Assembly: GCA_013239625.1 (NCBI GenBank)
Contig: MU053934.1
Location: 7,272,399-7,334,069 of the forward strand
Reading direction: 5' to 3'
Length of the DNA: 61,671 nt
From: Lama guanicoe
Taxonomy: Eukaryota
The position numbers and the translations under genes were made by a program. Positions 11,401 through 24,500 of the stretch are shown in pieces. The first letter of the stretch is position 1, and the number at the start of each line of letters is the position of its first letter. The notes under the pieces were generated by a model that had not been told where the DNA came from, ran no database searches, and was given only the letters and a program-made list of their open reading frames with translations.

Positions 11401-14334
11401 GGGGTGGAGGAGTATGATGGAGGCACAGCAGGAATCCAAGGAAGGGACCTAGGGGCGAGAGTTGAGGTCTGGTCACTGCTCCTGGGGCCCTCCTTGTCCC
11501 TGCTAAGCACCTTTTCCTTTGCTGACCCTCAGAAATGAGCCACCAGGAAAACAAGACTCTACTCAGTCTGCAGGTGAATACCTAAGGGACAGTGGAAGGT
11601 GAAAAAGTCAGCCAGTGCCTGGTGAAGGGACATGGCAAAGGGCAGAGTGACTTCAGAACAGGAAAACAAACAGGCCAAAAAAAGAAAAAATGCATAGGCT
11701 CCAACACTATAAAGCCCCCAGGACTTCTCTGAGATGTCTGCCTCCAGCAAAGGCAGAGCTGGCAGCCTCCAGGAGAGCAGCATCTAGGAGCTACACACGC
11801 AAAACCCAAAGGGTCGCAAGATCCCCTGGGCGGCCCTAATGTACGAGCTACACCAACACAGACAGCATTGCACCATCTTTCCCAATACGCATATTTCAAG
11901 TGAGGAAAAGAAAACAAGACCAAGTTCTGAGAGAGACTGTAGTTCAGAGTATCATGACAGCTGAGTTGAGGAAGGAATGCAACCACAAGCACTTACAACC
12001 TTGAGAATGTAGAACATTAGCTCAGGTGATTAATACAGTAGTAAGGGCTTTTTTGAAGACTGTTTCTTGCTTATGAAAGTAAAGCATCTAATTCAAGTAA
12101 AACTAATATCCAAAAACTTAGGAGAAAATGCAACTCCCTTAAGAAAAGCTCACAAAAGTTATCTCACAGATACTTGAAAGTTCTAAAGGTCAAAGCATTT
12201 TAAAGGGAAAAAAAAAATCCGTCAATTTTTTTCATCCATGAATATCAGAAAGATAAACCCAGAAGCAACAAAGTAGGCTTTGAAAACATTCTAAGATGTT
12301 CAGATCTTTTAATCTAAGATTTCTATTTCTGGGAATTTATACCCAGGAACTAGTTACACAAATGAAAAAAAAAGAAAAGAAAAGAAAAATGAGATTGTAA
12401 ACTGTGAATTCATCTACAATAGCCAAAAAAAAAAAAAGTGGAAATAACCTAAAATGCCCATCATTAGGGGAATGTTTTAATCTCATTACATTAACAGGAT
12501 TATGCAACCATTAAATATCTTTTTAAAGAATTAAAACATTGGAAAATAGTTGATAAAATATTTAAGGGACTCTGAATAATACAATTGCCGCAATGTAGAT
12601 TGATGAAAAGGGGACAGGCACGTGTAGCCAGTGTAGGCTTCAAATCCTCTCCCCTATTTACTACAACCTGGACGATCTTGGACTAAGCACATGATCTACC
12701 AGCAGCATCCTCATGTTCAAACTAGAACCTGGAGTGGTGAGTGTTGCTGTGAGGATGGACAGAGGCAATACAGCTCTCTCACCTCTTCTGAAGCTTGAAA
12801 TAGTGGCAGTTACTGCTTCTAAGATACATAAAAATCCCTATGCATGTGGAAAGTAAAATACAAAGCCTTCTTTATTCAAAGAAACTCTATTTTCTACATT
12901 GTACCTTCAGTTTTTTAAAATACCTAAAGACAAGAAAGCAAAATAAAGTAAAATAAAATAAGCCTTTTGACACAAAAATGAAAAACAAACATCTGCTCTA
13001 ACTTACCTGCACAGAAAATCTTCATTTGATATCACAATGTCAACAAAACGTGAACCTCTCACAATCTTACAAAGTGTAGTATAAAATGAAAGCTTTACAG
13101 AAATGTAATCTCCTCTCCCTTAAGTGCCTTTTTAATCATATGACACCTTTTAAAATGAGGCTAGTGGAAGGTGAGGCAAGGGTACTCCCACCTGAGTGAG
13201 GAGCTCTGGGGTCCGGGCTGGGCTGTTTAGAAGCCTCTGCCTCTCTGCCTTCGTCTCCCTGCTGCATAAATTACTGCAAACTTTTGGATTATCTTGACCA
13301 AGTTAGCTGTAGGCATAGATCCTATCTTAAAAGACTACACAACTTGCCTCTTTTCTATGTTTCTGAGAAGCGGGGAAGGAAGATAACTTAAAAGATTTGT
13401 TTCATATTTGAGGGCAAGTGACTCAGAATCCACTTAATCAAGACAGCAAGATGAGTGAAATGAGCGTGGTTTCAGAGTCAGGCTGAGGGTCAGCTCTGCA
13501 GGGGACCCTGTGAGGGTCACTTCATCTCTCAGAGCTTTGCTTTACTCGTGTGAAGTGGAGTTAACTATCTTGTTGCAAGAATTAAATGAGCAGGAGTGTA
13601 AAGCTTCTTGTATGGTCCCTCAGAAACCCCAGAACCCAGAGATCTATCCCAGATGGTGACCCCACAACCCCTGATCTACCTACCCTCCCCCCGCCTCCTT
13701 ATTGGCTGCCCAGGCTCCTTAGCTGATGATACCTTCACGGGTGCAGAGGTCACAATTTCTTCCTTATTAAAATATCTCATGTCCAAGCTAAACAGCGCCC
13801 AGGCAGGCCAGCTCCATCCTCTAGCAATCAGTCAGCTACAAAACCCACTAATAGCAGGCTTCGAGGTCCACGTGGGGTGTGGAGCCTGCTCTGCGGTTCC
13901 TCTGAGGACCACAACTCACAGACTTGGCACGCTCAGTTGGCGACAACATAATTGGGTACAATGGAACTCAAAAGTGGTATAAAATATGAAAATGTTCACA
14001 AACTATGGCTTGGATATCACTTTATAATAATAAAATTTCATTTATTCAATAGGAAACTTCAAAGTACTAGCAACAGTTTATTCTATATGTTAAAGACCAC
14101 CCTGCAGGCCCAAGCAGAGATCCCCATCACTAGGCTCCCTAGAGCTACAGACTTGGGCTGAGGCCCATATGGGGGTCCTGGCTGGGCAGCTTAAGTAAAA
14201 CCACGGACCCTCTGGTTCCCCCTCTCAGCCTCTGAGCAATGAAGAGGGGAGCAAACCAACAAGGCTGTTCTGAAAACAAAATGAGGATTATGGGAAAGTT
14301 CCTCATAAACTGAAAATGCCTACCCAACCAAGCC

Positions 14335-14337
<3 letters not shown>

Positions 14338-14381
<44 letters not shown>
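14338..14381. repeat. (TA)n microsatellite
   Basis: About 22 TA units. Confidence 0.95.
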
Positions 14382-14384
<3 letters not shown>

Positions 14385-17300
14385 CCTTCCAATTCCGAGA
14401 GTCACTAAGTCTAGTCACAACGACAGCCCCTCACCCCAGGGTAAGGCTTTCTGTAACTTAAGTAACATTCAATTCAAGCATAGAATCGCCAACCCAGACA
14501 GGAGCAAGGCCTCTGTGTGGCAGGGCTGCCCTCAAAACTCAGAGAGCGTAAGATCATCCTCAGGGCTTCACTCCCACAAACGGGACAGAATCAGAGAGAA
14601 GCTAGGGAGAGAAGAGACAAGACCTTCTACTTAGCAAAATGGGAGGGTATTCCATCCTCATCAACCACCCCAACAGCATCCCTGCGACCCCGAGCCACCA
14701 AGGAAAGGTCCAAGTATACTGAATACACCTAGGCTCAGAAAGAATAACACATCTTAGGAGGATTTTCAAAAATTGGATAATACAACATCATTTTGTACCC
14801 TTTAAAGATTTGTTTCACTTAATTAGTGAACTCACCTAAGTAGACACTGCACTTTGAGTGATACCAAAGTTACAGCTCCATGGACCAGGCATGGAGGTCT
14901 GCAGTCCATTCCTTCACATCACCCTCCCCAAGTCGAATGAGGAAGGGACTGTCAGTACGCTGGTTTTAGAGACGCTGAAGGAAGACCACAGTCACCTAGT
15001 TGTGGAGCTGGTACTCAAACCCAGGGCTGTGTGGCTCTGAAACCATGTTACCTTCTATACCTTACTGCAATATTTTTCTGCAAGAACTGGTGGTAAAGTT
15101 ACATACTAACTGCATGGATTTGTGAACATAAACCATATGAAAAGAGAAGCAGAACCCTGCAGCTGCTATATTACCAACTAAAAACGTAAATGCAAGCAAA
15201 GACACTGAGTCAAGACTGACGCAGCCCTGCTCCGGAAGCCCCTCTCATTAGAGTTTAGCACTGCTTCCTAAGAACATCCCTGGTAATCCTGGAGCCTCCA
15301 GGGACACAGATGACCTTTGTTAAAATGAGCTACCTAAATCACCCTCCCCCATCTGCATCCCCTACTTCTCAACAGACATCTCACCTCTGCGCAGTTTCTG
15401 TGTCTACTACTCCAAAACAGCTGTCCATTGAACTCCATCCTCCAGGAGGGCCTGAGCTGGGCCTGCAAGGCAGGTCACACAACCTGAAGCCTGCCTACCT
15501 CCCCCCTCAGCGGCCCCTCTCACACCCCCATGTTCTTCACAACTCCATGTCTCTGCCTGGGACTCTCCTTCCAGTCATCATCACCTGGAGAGTGCCGGGG
15601 GAGTGGCAAAACCACTCGTCACCTCCCTGAAGGTCAGCCCTCTACAGTGCCCTGAGAGCAGTCAGAACCGCCCTCCTCTGTCTGTCCCTACTTTGTACAC
15701 ACTCCTATCTGCTACTGTCACAAAGATGGGAGGATTGCTTCTAAGGCCACCTCCTGATCAAGAGTCACCTTAATCTTGGGATCCCAGAACTGTGCATAGA
15801 GCCAAGTGTCAGAGCACCACACACTCAGTGGCAAGGAAGGCTCCCTTCAACCTGCCTTGCCCACTTCCCCTCACCCATGTACACTCCTCCAAACAATCTC
15901 AGCCCCAGGAGTGAAATTTAAATCAAAAGCAGGCACTGACATAGCAGCCTAATGGAGTACCCCAGCTCACTGCTGACAACTCTGCCACTCTATCAATATT
16001 TAAATCACAGACAACAGGCCACAGGAAAAAAGAGCCCACAGATGCAAGTTTCCTGGTCAGAGAAGGGCCCATAAATACTAGCAGAGCTAACAAAGGAGGC
16101 GTTACAGCAGGTCATGTAGTTAAGTGGACGCCATCCCTGCATGGCAGCAGCAACCTGGAGTTTACACTTCATCATGGGCCTTGCCCTCTGACAGCCTCAT
16201 CTGCTGACCAGGCTTCTACTTTTGATGATTTCCTATTGCTTAATGTTCTGAATTCAATGCCTGCCTTTAACCTCCACCAATTCCTTCTCTGGCAAGCAAT
16301 TTGCCTATGGAAGCTGACACATGACATCAGGCTTTATATCCAATGTCAGTGAGGCTGTGCGTGTCTGCCTTATCCTCTCCAGTGTTCAAAAGAAGTGCAT
16401 CGTGAAATGAGCAAATATCCCTTTCCATGTCTGGAAAGGGAATGATGTTGGCCAGTCTCCCTACAGGTATCAGACAGAGCATAACAGGAGGACAGGAGGA
16501 CATACACATATACTACATTTGATACCTACTGTATACCATCCTATTACTTCCATGTCTGATCATTCAAAACATCTTTATCACGATGATTCTTTTCATCAGT
16601 AATAAACCATCTAACACCCGTGAGGCTCTAAGGTTTAGTGCTCTTTTGCATGCATGAGCTCTTCATATAGCTGATACTCTGTACTCTGTTAATAAACAGG
16701 AGGGAAAAACAGTCCCTAAAACATTCAAAATCTGGCCAGAAGGCCACAAGAAGCCACTGTTTGACAATCATGGTCACTGGCACAATCCATACCCAACTCT
16801 CAAACCTACCCAGCAGCCTGGGCCCAGGGAGGGGCCTCTCAGGCTGCGGGGAAAGTCTCATCTGTGAGGATATATTTGATTAAACAAGTGAAACATCTGG
16901 AACTTTCAGTTAACATTTATTTCACAAGTTTCTCAAGTGCCAAGCAACTGAGAAGTAATCATCTCAGTGTACTCTTTAATCAATAAACATTAAACAAGTC
17001 TGCTCAAAACACCCAAGTCCCACAAATGTTTCCCTGTGGAAAGTATGGCACAAAAATAACAAAAACGAAATAAGTAAACTTTTGACAGGCAGAAAGGTGT
17101 TTAGTTACCCAAATTCAGACAAAAAAAAAAAAACAGTCCTTTCAACAGATGAAGAAATATTTCCTCTGCAAGTGACACATTCCGGGATATTTACACTGCC
17201 AAACATAACTCATAATGACAACCACCAAGGAAGCAAAAGCTAATGGAAAAACCCCACGCTGGCAACCAGGAGCCCTGATTCTGGTCCCAGGACAGGCTGC

Positions 17301-18169
17301 TGGCTGTGTGATCCTACTGAAGTGGCGGCCAGGTCTGGTACCCCTTTCTTCATCATAAGAAAGAATATCCACCACCACCCACACCTCTCAGAAATGTTTA
17401 AAGGACAAAAAAGTGAGAGGTGAAAATGCTTTGGAATGTGTCTTCCATAAATACCAGACATCATTATTATTAGCTCAAAGATGACCAGGAAAATAAGATT
17501 ACAGAATATCAGAGGTGAGAGGGAGCTTACAGATGGGGTGATTCAGGAGTTCCTAATCTGGGGTCCAGGCCTCTGATGCTGCCCACAAGTGTGCTTTCTG
17601 GAAAGCAGTCCTTATTGTTATCAGATTCTCAAAAGGATAAGAACTTCTAAGATCCTCCTTTTACAAACATGAAAACTGAGACCTTAGATATGTGATTGTC
17701 CCAGGCCTCAGGGTTAATCAGGAAAAGGCTGGACAGAGCCCAGGGCTCCTAGTCTCCCTCTATGCTCTTTCCACTCTACCATCCCACATTCCGGGAGGAA
17801 AAAAGTCACATAAATCTCATGCAGCCTTAGAGTATGTTATACAAACCACCACACCGTGGTTTTTAAGGTTATAGAAAAATTTCCATCCTTATTTTTCTTT
17901 CTTAAGGCTTCTCGCTGAGAGCTGTGATCATTGAGACAGTATTTTATTCATTTTTATATTCTTGTATCTTGTTTTCAGTGCCTACTGTCAAGAAATACTC
18001 AAATGATATTTTAATATTGAAAATAAAGACTGTATTTTAGAAAACAAACAAACAAAAAAAAACAGACTACATTATGCTCTGTTTTATTAAGCAAACAGAT
18101 AAATATACAATCATGGGAATAAATACAAGTTAATATATAATTTGAGAAGTTTTTGTTGTCTTGTGTTTT

Positions 18170-18310
18170 TAACCAAAATACCAAAATCTGTACTCTTAGA
18201 TGGCCATCGTCCCTCAAATAGTGACCTTTGGAACTACACGTATGCCAAGAATGTTGTATTGTACAGAATACTTTTGAGAATTCCTTGTTTAAGATTATCT
18301 CCAGTCAGCA
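18170..18310. mobile_element. Possible ancient mariner (MARNA-like) fragment
   Basis: ccctcaaatagtgacctttggaactacac...acttttgagaattcc resembles the MARNA consensus from memory. Confidence 0.4.
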
Positions 18311-20279
18311 TAGCATAATTGTTTGAATACTAAAAATCTGAAGGAATTCCTACACAGCCATCCCAGGGACCACCACTGGGCCCATCTGGAATCAGTTTTC
18401 AGGCACTGACATGCTTTCAGGTATGTAAAGGATCACTGCCAGGGCCATAAAGAAAGATCTCTACCTGTGGAATGCAAAGTGACTTCATAACTAAGGCACT
18501 GTTGCACTGCCTTCAAGTATGCAGCCGCACTTCCAAACAATCTAATTGGAAAAAAAAACTGAGGCAGCACTATCGCTGATGTAAATGTGGTCATTACCCA
18601 AATAATCAACAGGGTGGCCTACACAAAGCCACCAGCACAATCTGATGGCAGATAAGGCAGGCCAAAGTCAGATGGGAGGTTCAGGTAAGGATGGCCAGAG
18701 AGCACTTGGTAAATGCTACTGTGATCTCTATAAACACAGGCGCCTTTACTATTATTTAAGGAACCTATGCCATAGTTTTGATATTTCATAACATCCTGGA
18801 ATCAACTGATGACCCAGTCAGAAGCAGGAAACCTGAGCATCATGTCCTTGACTTGGTCTGCACAGACTTCCAAGTGAATAAAGAAATGAGAGAATTAAGG
18901 ACAAATGCACCTCAGCTCCCACCCCAGAAATCACTGGCCATCAGTGATCTGGACTAGGCATCCAGGACCAGAGAAAGCCAACTTTATCTCCCAGCAGCAA
19001 GCTGTGTTCAAAACCCAGAAACTGTTTTTTGCATTTTAGATTATTTAAATATTATGACCAAACTTACACATTTGAAACTGAAAGTAATAAAATTCCAGTT
19101 CCCCAACAGCATGAGCTAAGAGTGACATTTCCATTCAAATGAGTTTTTATTCTTCTCCAAAAAAAGTGAATTAAGAGTGCAGACCTAATCACTCATCTAC
19201 TCCTCTGTGTTACACTACTTTCCCAAGTAACAAATATCGTCAGCCTAATGGCCAGTTTCTTCTAAGATTCAAGACAATTGTCAAAAGAAAAACACACCAC
19301 AGAAAAGTTTTTGATGCAGGGGTCTCATATCTCAACTAATATAACCTCTCCAAGGAGATTGCGAAACTCTAGAATTAAGTTTAAATACACACAGATTATT
19401 GTTTCCCATGTGAATCAACAGAAACCCCAGTTGCACTGGCTTCCATTCAATGCCTCTATGGAGAGGCTGCAGGCAGGCTTGTGTATCAAGTGGAATAAAA
19501 ACTTTCAGGCAAGAAGGAGAGGTCCGGCATTTCAACAGAGCCCACCTGGTTCGTTCCCTTGCCCTCCAACCTGGCGATTTTAGGAGGGTTAAAACAGAAC
19601 TTCAGCATATTCGGATAACTGGAGAGGAACTGACCGCAGAGAAGGGAAGGAACTGGTATGAGTTCACCGCCTGTGGCCCAGGTTTAAATTCTCTGAGCTG
19701 GCCTCCTGATTTTCATCAGGACAGCCAGGGAGTGTTTGGTAAACAGTGTAATGAGTAGCCGTGGAGACTCTGAACAGCCAACCCTCCTTAACCACAGAAG
19801 CACAGGACAGTTGGGGTAAAAGAGAGAAGACAAGGCCCAGGAATGGTGCACACACCCCAGCTGAAGGCCACCCAACCGGGGAGCAGTATCCTCAAAGGCT
19901 GCAGCTGTGTGGGACCCCAGGCGACAGCACAGCTCGATCCCCTGACCAGCTTCCTCTAAGAAAACGGACTTTCTCTGGTGGAGCCAAAACCCAAGGAGCC
20001 ACTGAAACTGAGCAGAAGAAATCACTACCTCTCCAATCCCGGGCCTCTCTGGATGCCCCAGCAGGCTGGAAACACCAGAATAGGACGGGTACATAGGTTT
20101 CTAAAAATGACAGTCTGAGAAAATTCTGAGAGGCAAACGGACAAACTCCCTCAGCTTCTCCTGCCTGTTCCCCCAGCCCTAAGACCTGCTCACAGAGGGA
20201 GTGCCACCCACCCCACCCCACCCCACCATAGGAGAGGGACAGGGAGGGTGGGAAGGAAGGAAATGGAGGATGGTCATCA

Positions 20280-21330
20280 AAGCGCCCCAAATCAGCGCAT
20301 CCGCTTAAGTGTCCTGCCTGCTCTGGCCGCCCCGTCCGCTCCAGACCACACTCGGACCAAGCCCTGCCCTCTAACTGGCGCTTACCAGCCCCCTCTCCTC
20401 CGGCGCGGCGGTAAACCCTTGCACCCCTCGGCCTCCCCGCTTCCCCTCCTTAAGTCTCTCCTGAAGTCGTCTACCTCCCCTGCTGCAGCAGCCCTTTGAC
20501 CCGCCGCGGGCCCCGCTCCCCAACTTCTCCCTCCAGCAAGCCCTCAACCCGAGAACTCGTCCGCTCCTCCGTGGCGCCCCCGCCCCAACCCCAAACCTCT
20601 CGGCCCCCAGCCTTCCTCAAGCCCAGCCCACTGGCCCTCTAGATGCCCCGCGACGTCCTCTCCGCCCCCCGGACGCCCCTGGGCGCCCGCTGTGGCCCCT
20701 GAACACACCCCCCTCCCACTGCGACAGGAAGTTCGAGCGCCGGCGGCGCGGCCCCAGAGGCTGCCCTTGGGCTCGGAGCGCGGCTCCGGCGCGGCGGCCT
20801 GACAGGGCGCGGGCCCAGCCGCCGACCAGCGCCCCGCGTCCGCCCGCTGAGCCCCAACCGTCGCGGAGCGCCCCTCACCTAGGCCGCCGCTCGCCTCCGA
20901 CACGCCGCGCACCCAGCTCCTGCTGTGACTGCGTTTCCAGTCCCGGCTCCGGCTCCGGCCCAGCTCCCGCCCTCGCTCCGGCCGCGACGCCCAGCCCAGC
21001 CCGGCCCTGCCCTGCTCTGCTCCGCCGCGGCCGCTTCTGCCGCCAGCCCCGAGCGCACCGCCCCCGCCGCGCCCGCTGTGCTCGCCCCATTGGCTGCTGG
21101 GCTCCGGGCACCGCCCCTCAGTCCCTCTGGGGACTCTGATTGGGCCAGAGGAGTGAAGAGGCGGCACGCCCCCTAGCGCGCCAACGAGACCTCCCCTGGA
21201 CGTCATTGGAGATGCTTCCTGTCAATCAAAGAGTAAGAGCCTACTTTATTGAGGAGAGGGCGGCTGGGGTCACTCTTCCAGTCGCTCCCGGGCTGCGGCT
21301 CCTGAGGTTTACTCTCCCAGACCAAAGTTT
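20280..21330. promoter_or_regulatory. CpG-island promoter (probably PACSIN2) with three CCAAT boxes and GC boxes
   Basis: Very GC- and CpG-dense against a CpG-depleted background. ATTGG (minus-strand CCAAT) at 21089, 21139 and 21205; CCGCCC/GGGCGG boxes; a GACGTCA CRE-like site abuts the third CCAAT. Confidence 0.85.
20879..21060 (-). other. PACSIN2: Non-coding first exon (5'UTR) of a minus-strand gene, probably PACSIN2; start approximate
   Basis: Strong donor CCTAG|gtgagg at 20879/20878 inside the CpG island, downstream of minus-strand CCAAT boxes. Identity rests on the conserved mammalian PACSIN2-TTLL1 order; no PACSIN2 coding exon is in the window. Confidence 0.62.
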
Positions 21331-21528
21331 TTCAGCTTTGCAAGCGCCCAGAGGTGGGGGCCGAGGCAAAGTAGCCGTGCACTTGAGTGGAAATTCAGGG
21401 AAGGTAGACTTTCCTCTCCTACGGCACTTACAGAAGCCAATGTCATCAGGGCTTCCTCAGAGTCAGACAGCAAGAGTATATTCCACTTGAGCCGGCTTAG
21501 GTTAAGCAGGACAGAGAGTGGTGTAGGA

Positions 21529-21556
21529 TGTGTGTGTGTGTGTGTGTGTGTGTGTG
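21529..21556. repeat. (TG)n microsatellite upstream of the CpG island
   Basis: About 14 TG units. Confidence 0.95.
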
Positions 21557-24500
21557 AACAGAATCCACCGGAGGGTTTAGGAAACCGAAGCCAGGTAACT
21601 TGCTGGGGGGTGGCCCAGTGTAAATAGAGTAAAATGACAGAGCCAGGTCAGCCAGACCCCAGACTTGCACTGGTTCCACATCACCACCTTGAAAATAGGT
21701 ACACATCACGAGGATGGCGCAGCTCTATGGAAAAACGCTTAAACTAAAATGTTAAAAGGAAAAGCTAGATACAGAATGGCAGGGACTCTAAAACTGCTAC
21801 TGCGTGTGAATAAGGACTAGAAGAGAGTCCATATGAAGAAGCAGAGTGTTTTTTCCCTTTCTAAAGTATTCGTTTTGTTGCTTTGTGTTGATGATAATAC
21901 TTAAGAAGGAGGAAAAAGAAAGGCACCACCACGCTGTGCCAGGACCAGCCACTGCCAATAAGTTCCTGCCATTCCCCAGCACTCAGCCCACAGAGACCAC
22001 TCTGCTTCCCCAAACACCTCTGGACCATATGTGCAGAACTCAGTCATCGGCCAGGGTCTCCCAGGCCTCTGAGATCTGGATAGATTCCAGGTACTCCACT
22101 ATTCCACACCCTGTGTAGATCCATAGTCCTTCCCCCGGTTTCTGAACAAGTATCCACCACTTATGCCTCCAGCCTCCTACTCTTGCCCTGTGCTCTCTGG
22201 TCCTCGCCATCATCCCTATCTCCATCTGCACACACACTCACACAATCCCCCTTCACTAGTGAGGCTAGTAGGGGTTCCTGGACCCCTGCTGGACACCACA
22301 GGGAGGCATTGAGCCTGGCACCACCTGGTGACACAAGATGCCTCCTGAGCTCTTTTGGCCTCTTGGCCCAGAGATCACTACCTGGCCACATGATGCAGGC
22401 AGCATTCTCGCCTCTGGGCATTGGCTCTCTTCTCTCCCCTTCCTTATAAGGACAAAAACAAAATTCCTCTCATTTCTTTCAGTAGCAGTTTGACACTTGC
22501 TCAACTCTTTGAGCCTCACCTCTGTCCCAGCAGCTTATCAGGGCATTTTTCCAAAGAGAGGTCCCCTTTGCCAGCTATAAGCATCCCAACTTTGACCCCC
22601 ACAAACATTTCACAATGTTGCAACCAGCTCCCATTAGACCCAGGCAGACCGGGAGCCCAATTCTGCCTCTGCCCTTTCCCCACCGAGAGGCCTTGGGCAA
22701 GTCACTGCAGCTCTCTGCACCTCTGTGCCCCAATCTGTGACATGGTGGTGATGACAGAGCCTACCTTACAGGGTTGTGTTGAGGAATAAATGGGCCAAAA
22801 TGGGTAAAAGCGTGGAGAGTGGCTCTGGACGTGCAGGTGTGAGTGCTCAGTATCTGAGCAGTTAACGTGGTCATCCTTTGTCCCTGTCATTTTGCTCCCT
22901 CCTTCCCCCTAAATGTGCCCATTACCTGGGTCTGGGATAGAGGCTAACTGGTCCTTTATTAACCATTTCCCACTAATCAGTCAGGATAAACAGACAGCCC
23001 AGGTTAAAACATAGTTTCACAGAGAACAAAACATTCTCCAAAAAAGTTATAACACTCAGATATACTTTTTGTGCAGTGATATATGTGCTTCTTTCAAGAA
23101 AAAAAAACTGAAATCTGTTGCAGATAATTCACTCAGTCAATAATTAATCCCAATGTTTAGAATATACAGGGCAGGGGATAGGGTGGGTTCAGGGAAGGAT
23201 GGATCTGGGTCCTGTTTGTGCTCCTGGGAAAACCCAGCAAGGATGTAGAGGCTAGAGGGACCACAGTGATGCCTGGAGGATGACAATGTTGAAGGCAATG
23301 ATATTTAACTGAGCCAAGGTGGACAGAAAGGACAAGAGCAAAGGCCCAGAGGCAAGAAATCTCACTGTCCAGGGAGATAGAAGAGTTCTGCTTGGTCAGA
23401 GCATGGCAGCTGAGCAGTGAGTACCTACCTTGCTGCTGGCAAGCTGCTTTTGCCACACCAGGTCTCAGTTTTCTTAACAGTAAAATGGGCGTAGTCACAG
23501 AGTTCTAGTGCTTAGGGAAAGTGCAAGGATTCTTGAGATCACACCTGTGATTCTCTTAGGCTATAACTAATACAGTCAGTGGTTGTTGAGTGTTTTCTAC
23601 GTGTTTTGTAAAGCTACTCTTTTTTAAAAATTGTGATTAAAAAAAATGGTTCAAGAACATGTGCTTTACACCGCCTGCGAATATTTTGGAGACACCAGAG
23701 TGTTATTGTTATCTGTTAAGGCTAGAGGAACATATTTTTGGATATATCTCGGAATGAAGCTCTCCCCTGCCAAGAAGTGTAAAGATCTGAATTCCTTGTA
23801 AATGTGTCATTGATTAGGAGGCAATTACCTTGGACTTTCTCGCTTTGTTTTGTTTTGTTTCACTCTGACCTACACACGTCTGCTCATGTAAAATTGTATC
23901 AGCAAGTACATGGCTCAAATCACGTGCACCACGTTCAGCTCAACGCCACTGGTCAAGGCACCTGGGCCCGGAGCCTGAGCCCTCCCAAAGTCAGCAGGAT
24001 ATGGTCACATCAGCTGGACAGTCCTTCCGAAAGTGGGCATCTCCAGGATGCCCTGCAGTGAGATCACCCCGTTTCCCACGAGTTCCTCAGTTGGTTCCCA
24101 TGCCTCACACAGTTGGAAGCACTATTCCTGATGCTGATGTGGATGGATACTTCCACCTAACTTTTACTAAGTGGAAAGGCTCCTTTGAGGAGTTCTGAGT
24201 TACGGTGTTGCCGTTGGTACCAAAGTGGAACAAGTATCAACAATGAAACCAGTACATTCAAGTGAGTGTTTTGAACCTTTGAATGAAGACCTAGCAATGC
24301 CTAGATATTATGTGATACATTGTAAAGTGTTTTCTACCACTTGATAAAGATATAAACTCCCTCAGGCACTCCTTCCTTGAGGCCCTGAAATTCAGGAGGA
24401 TGAGGAGAGCCTGGATGCCGCAGTAATTCCATTCCAATGTATCATCTTACCCTTTTTGGGCTCCTAGATCAGATAAATTGAAGGTCATCCTGTGATTGCA

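Noticed and set aside
21075..21209. ER stress element (CCAAT-N9-CCACG) among the CCAAT boxes
   Set aside because: None of the three CCAAT boxes is followed by CCACG at 9-nt spacing.
20544..21490. Overlapping ORFs of 78-220 aa in the CpG island
   Set aside because: They are low-complexity G/R/A/P products expected from stop-poor GC-rich DNA, with no recognisable domain.
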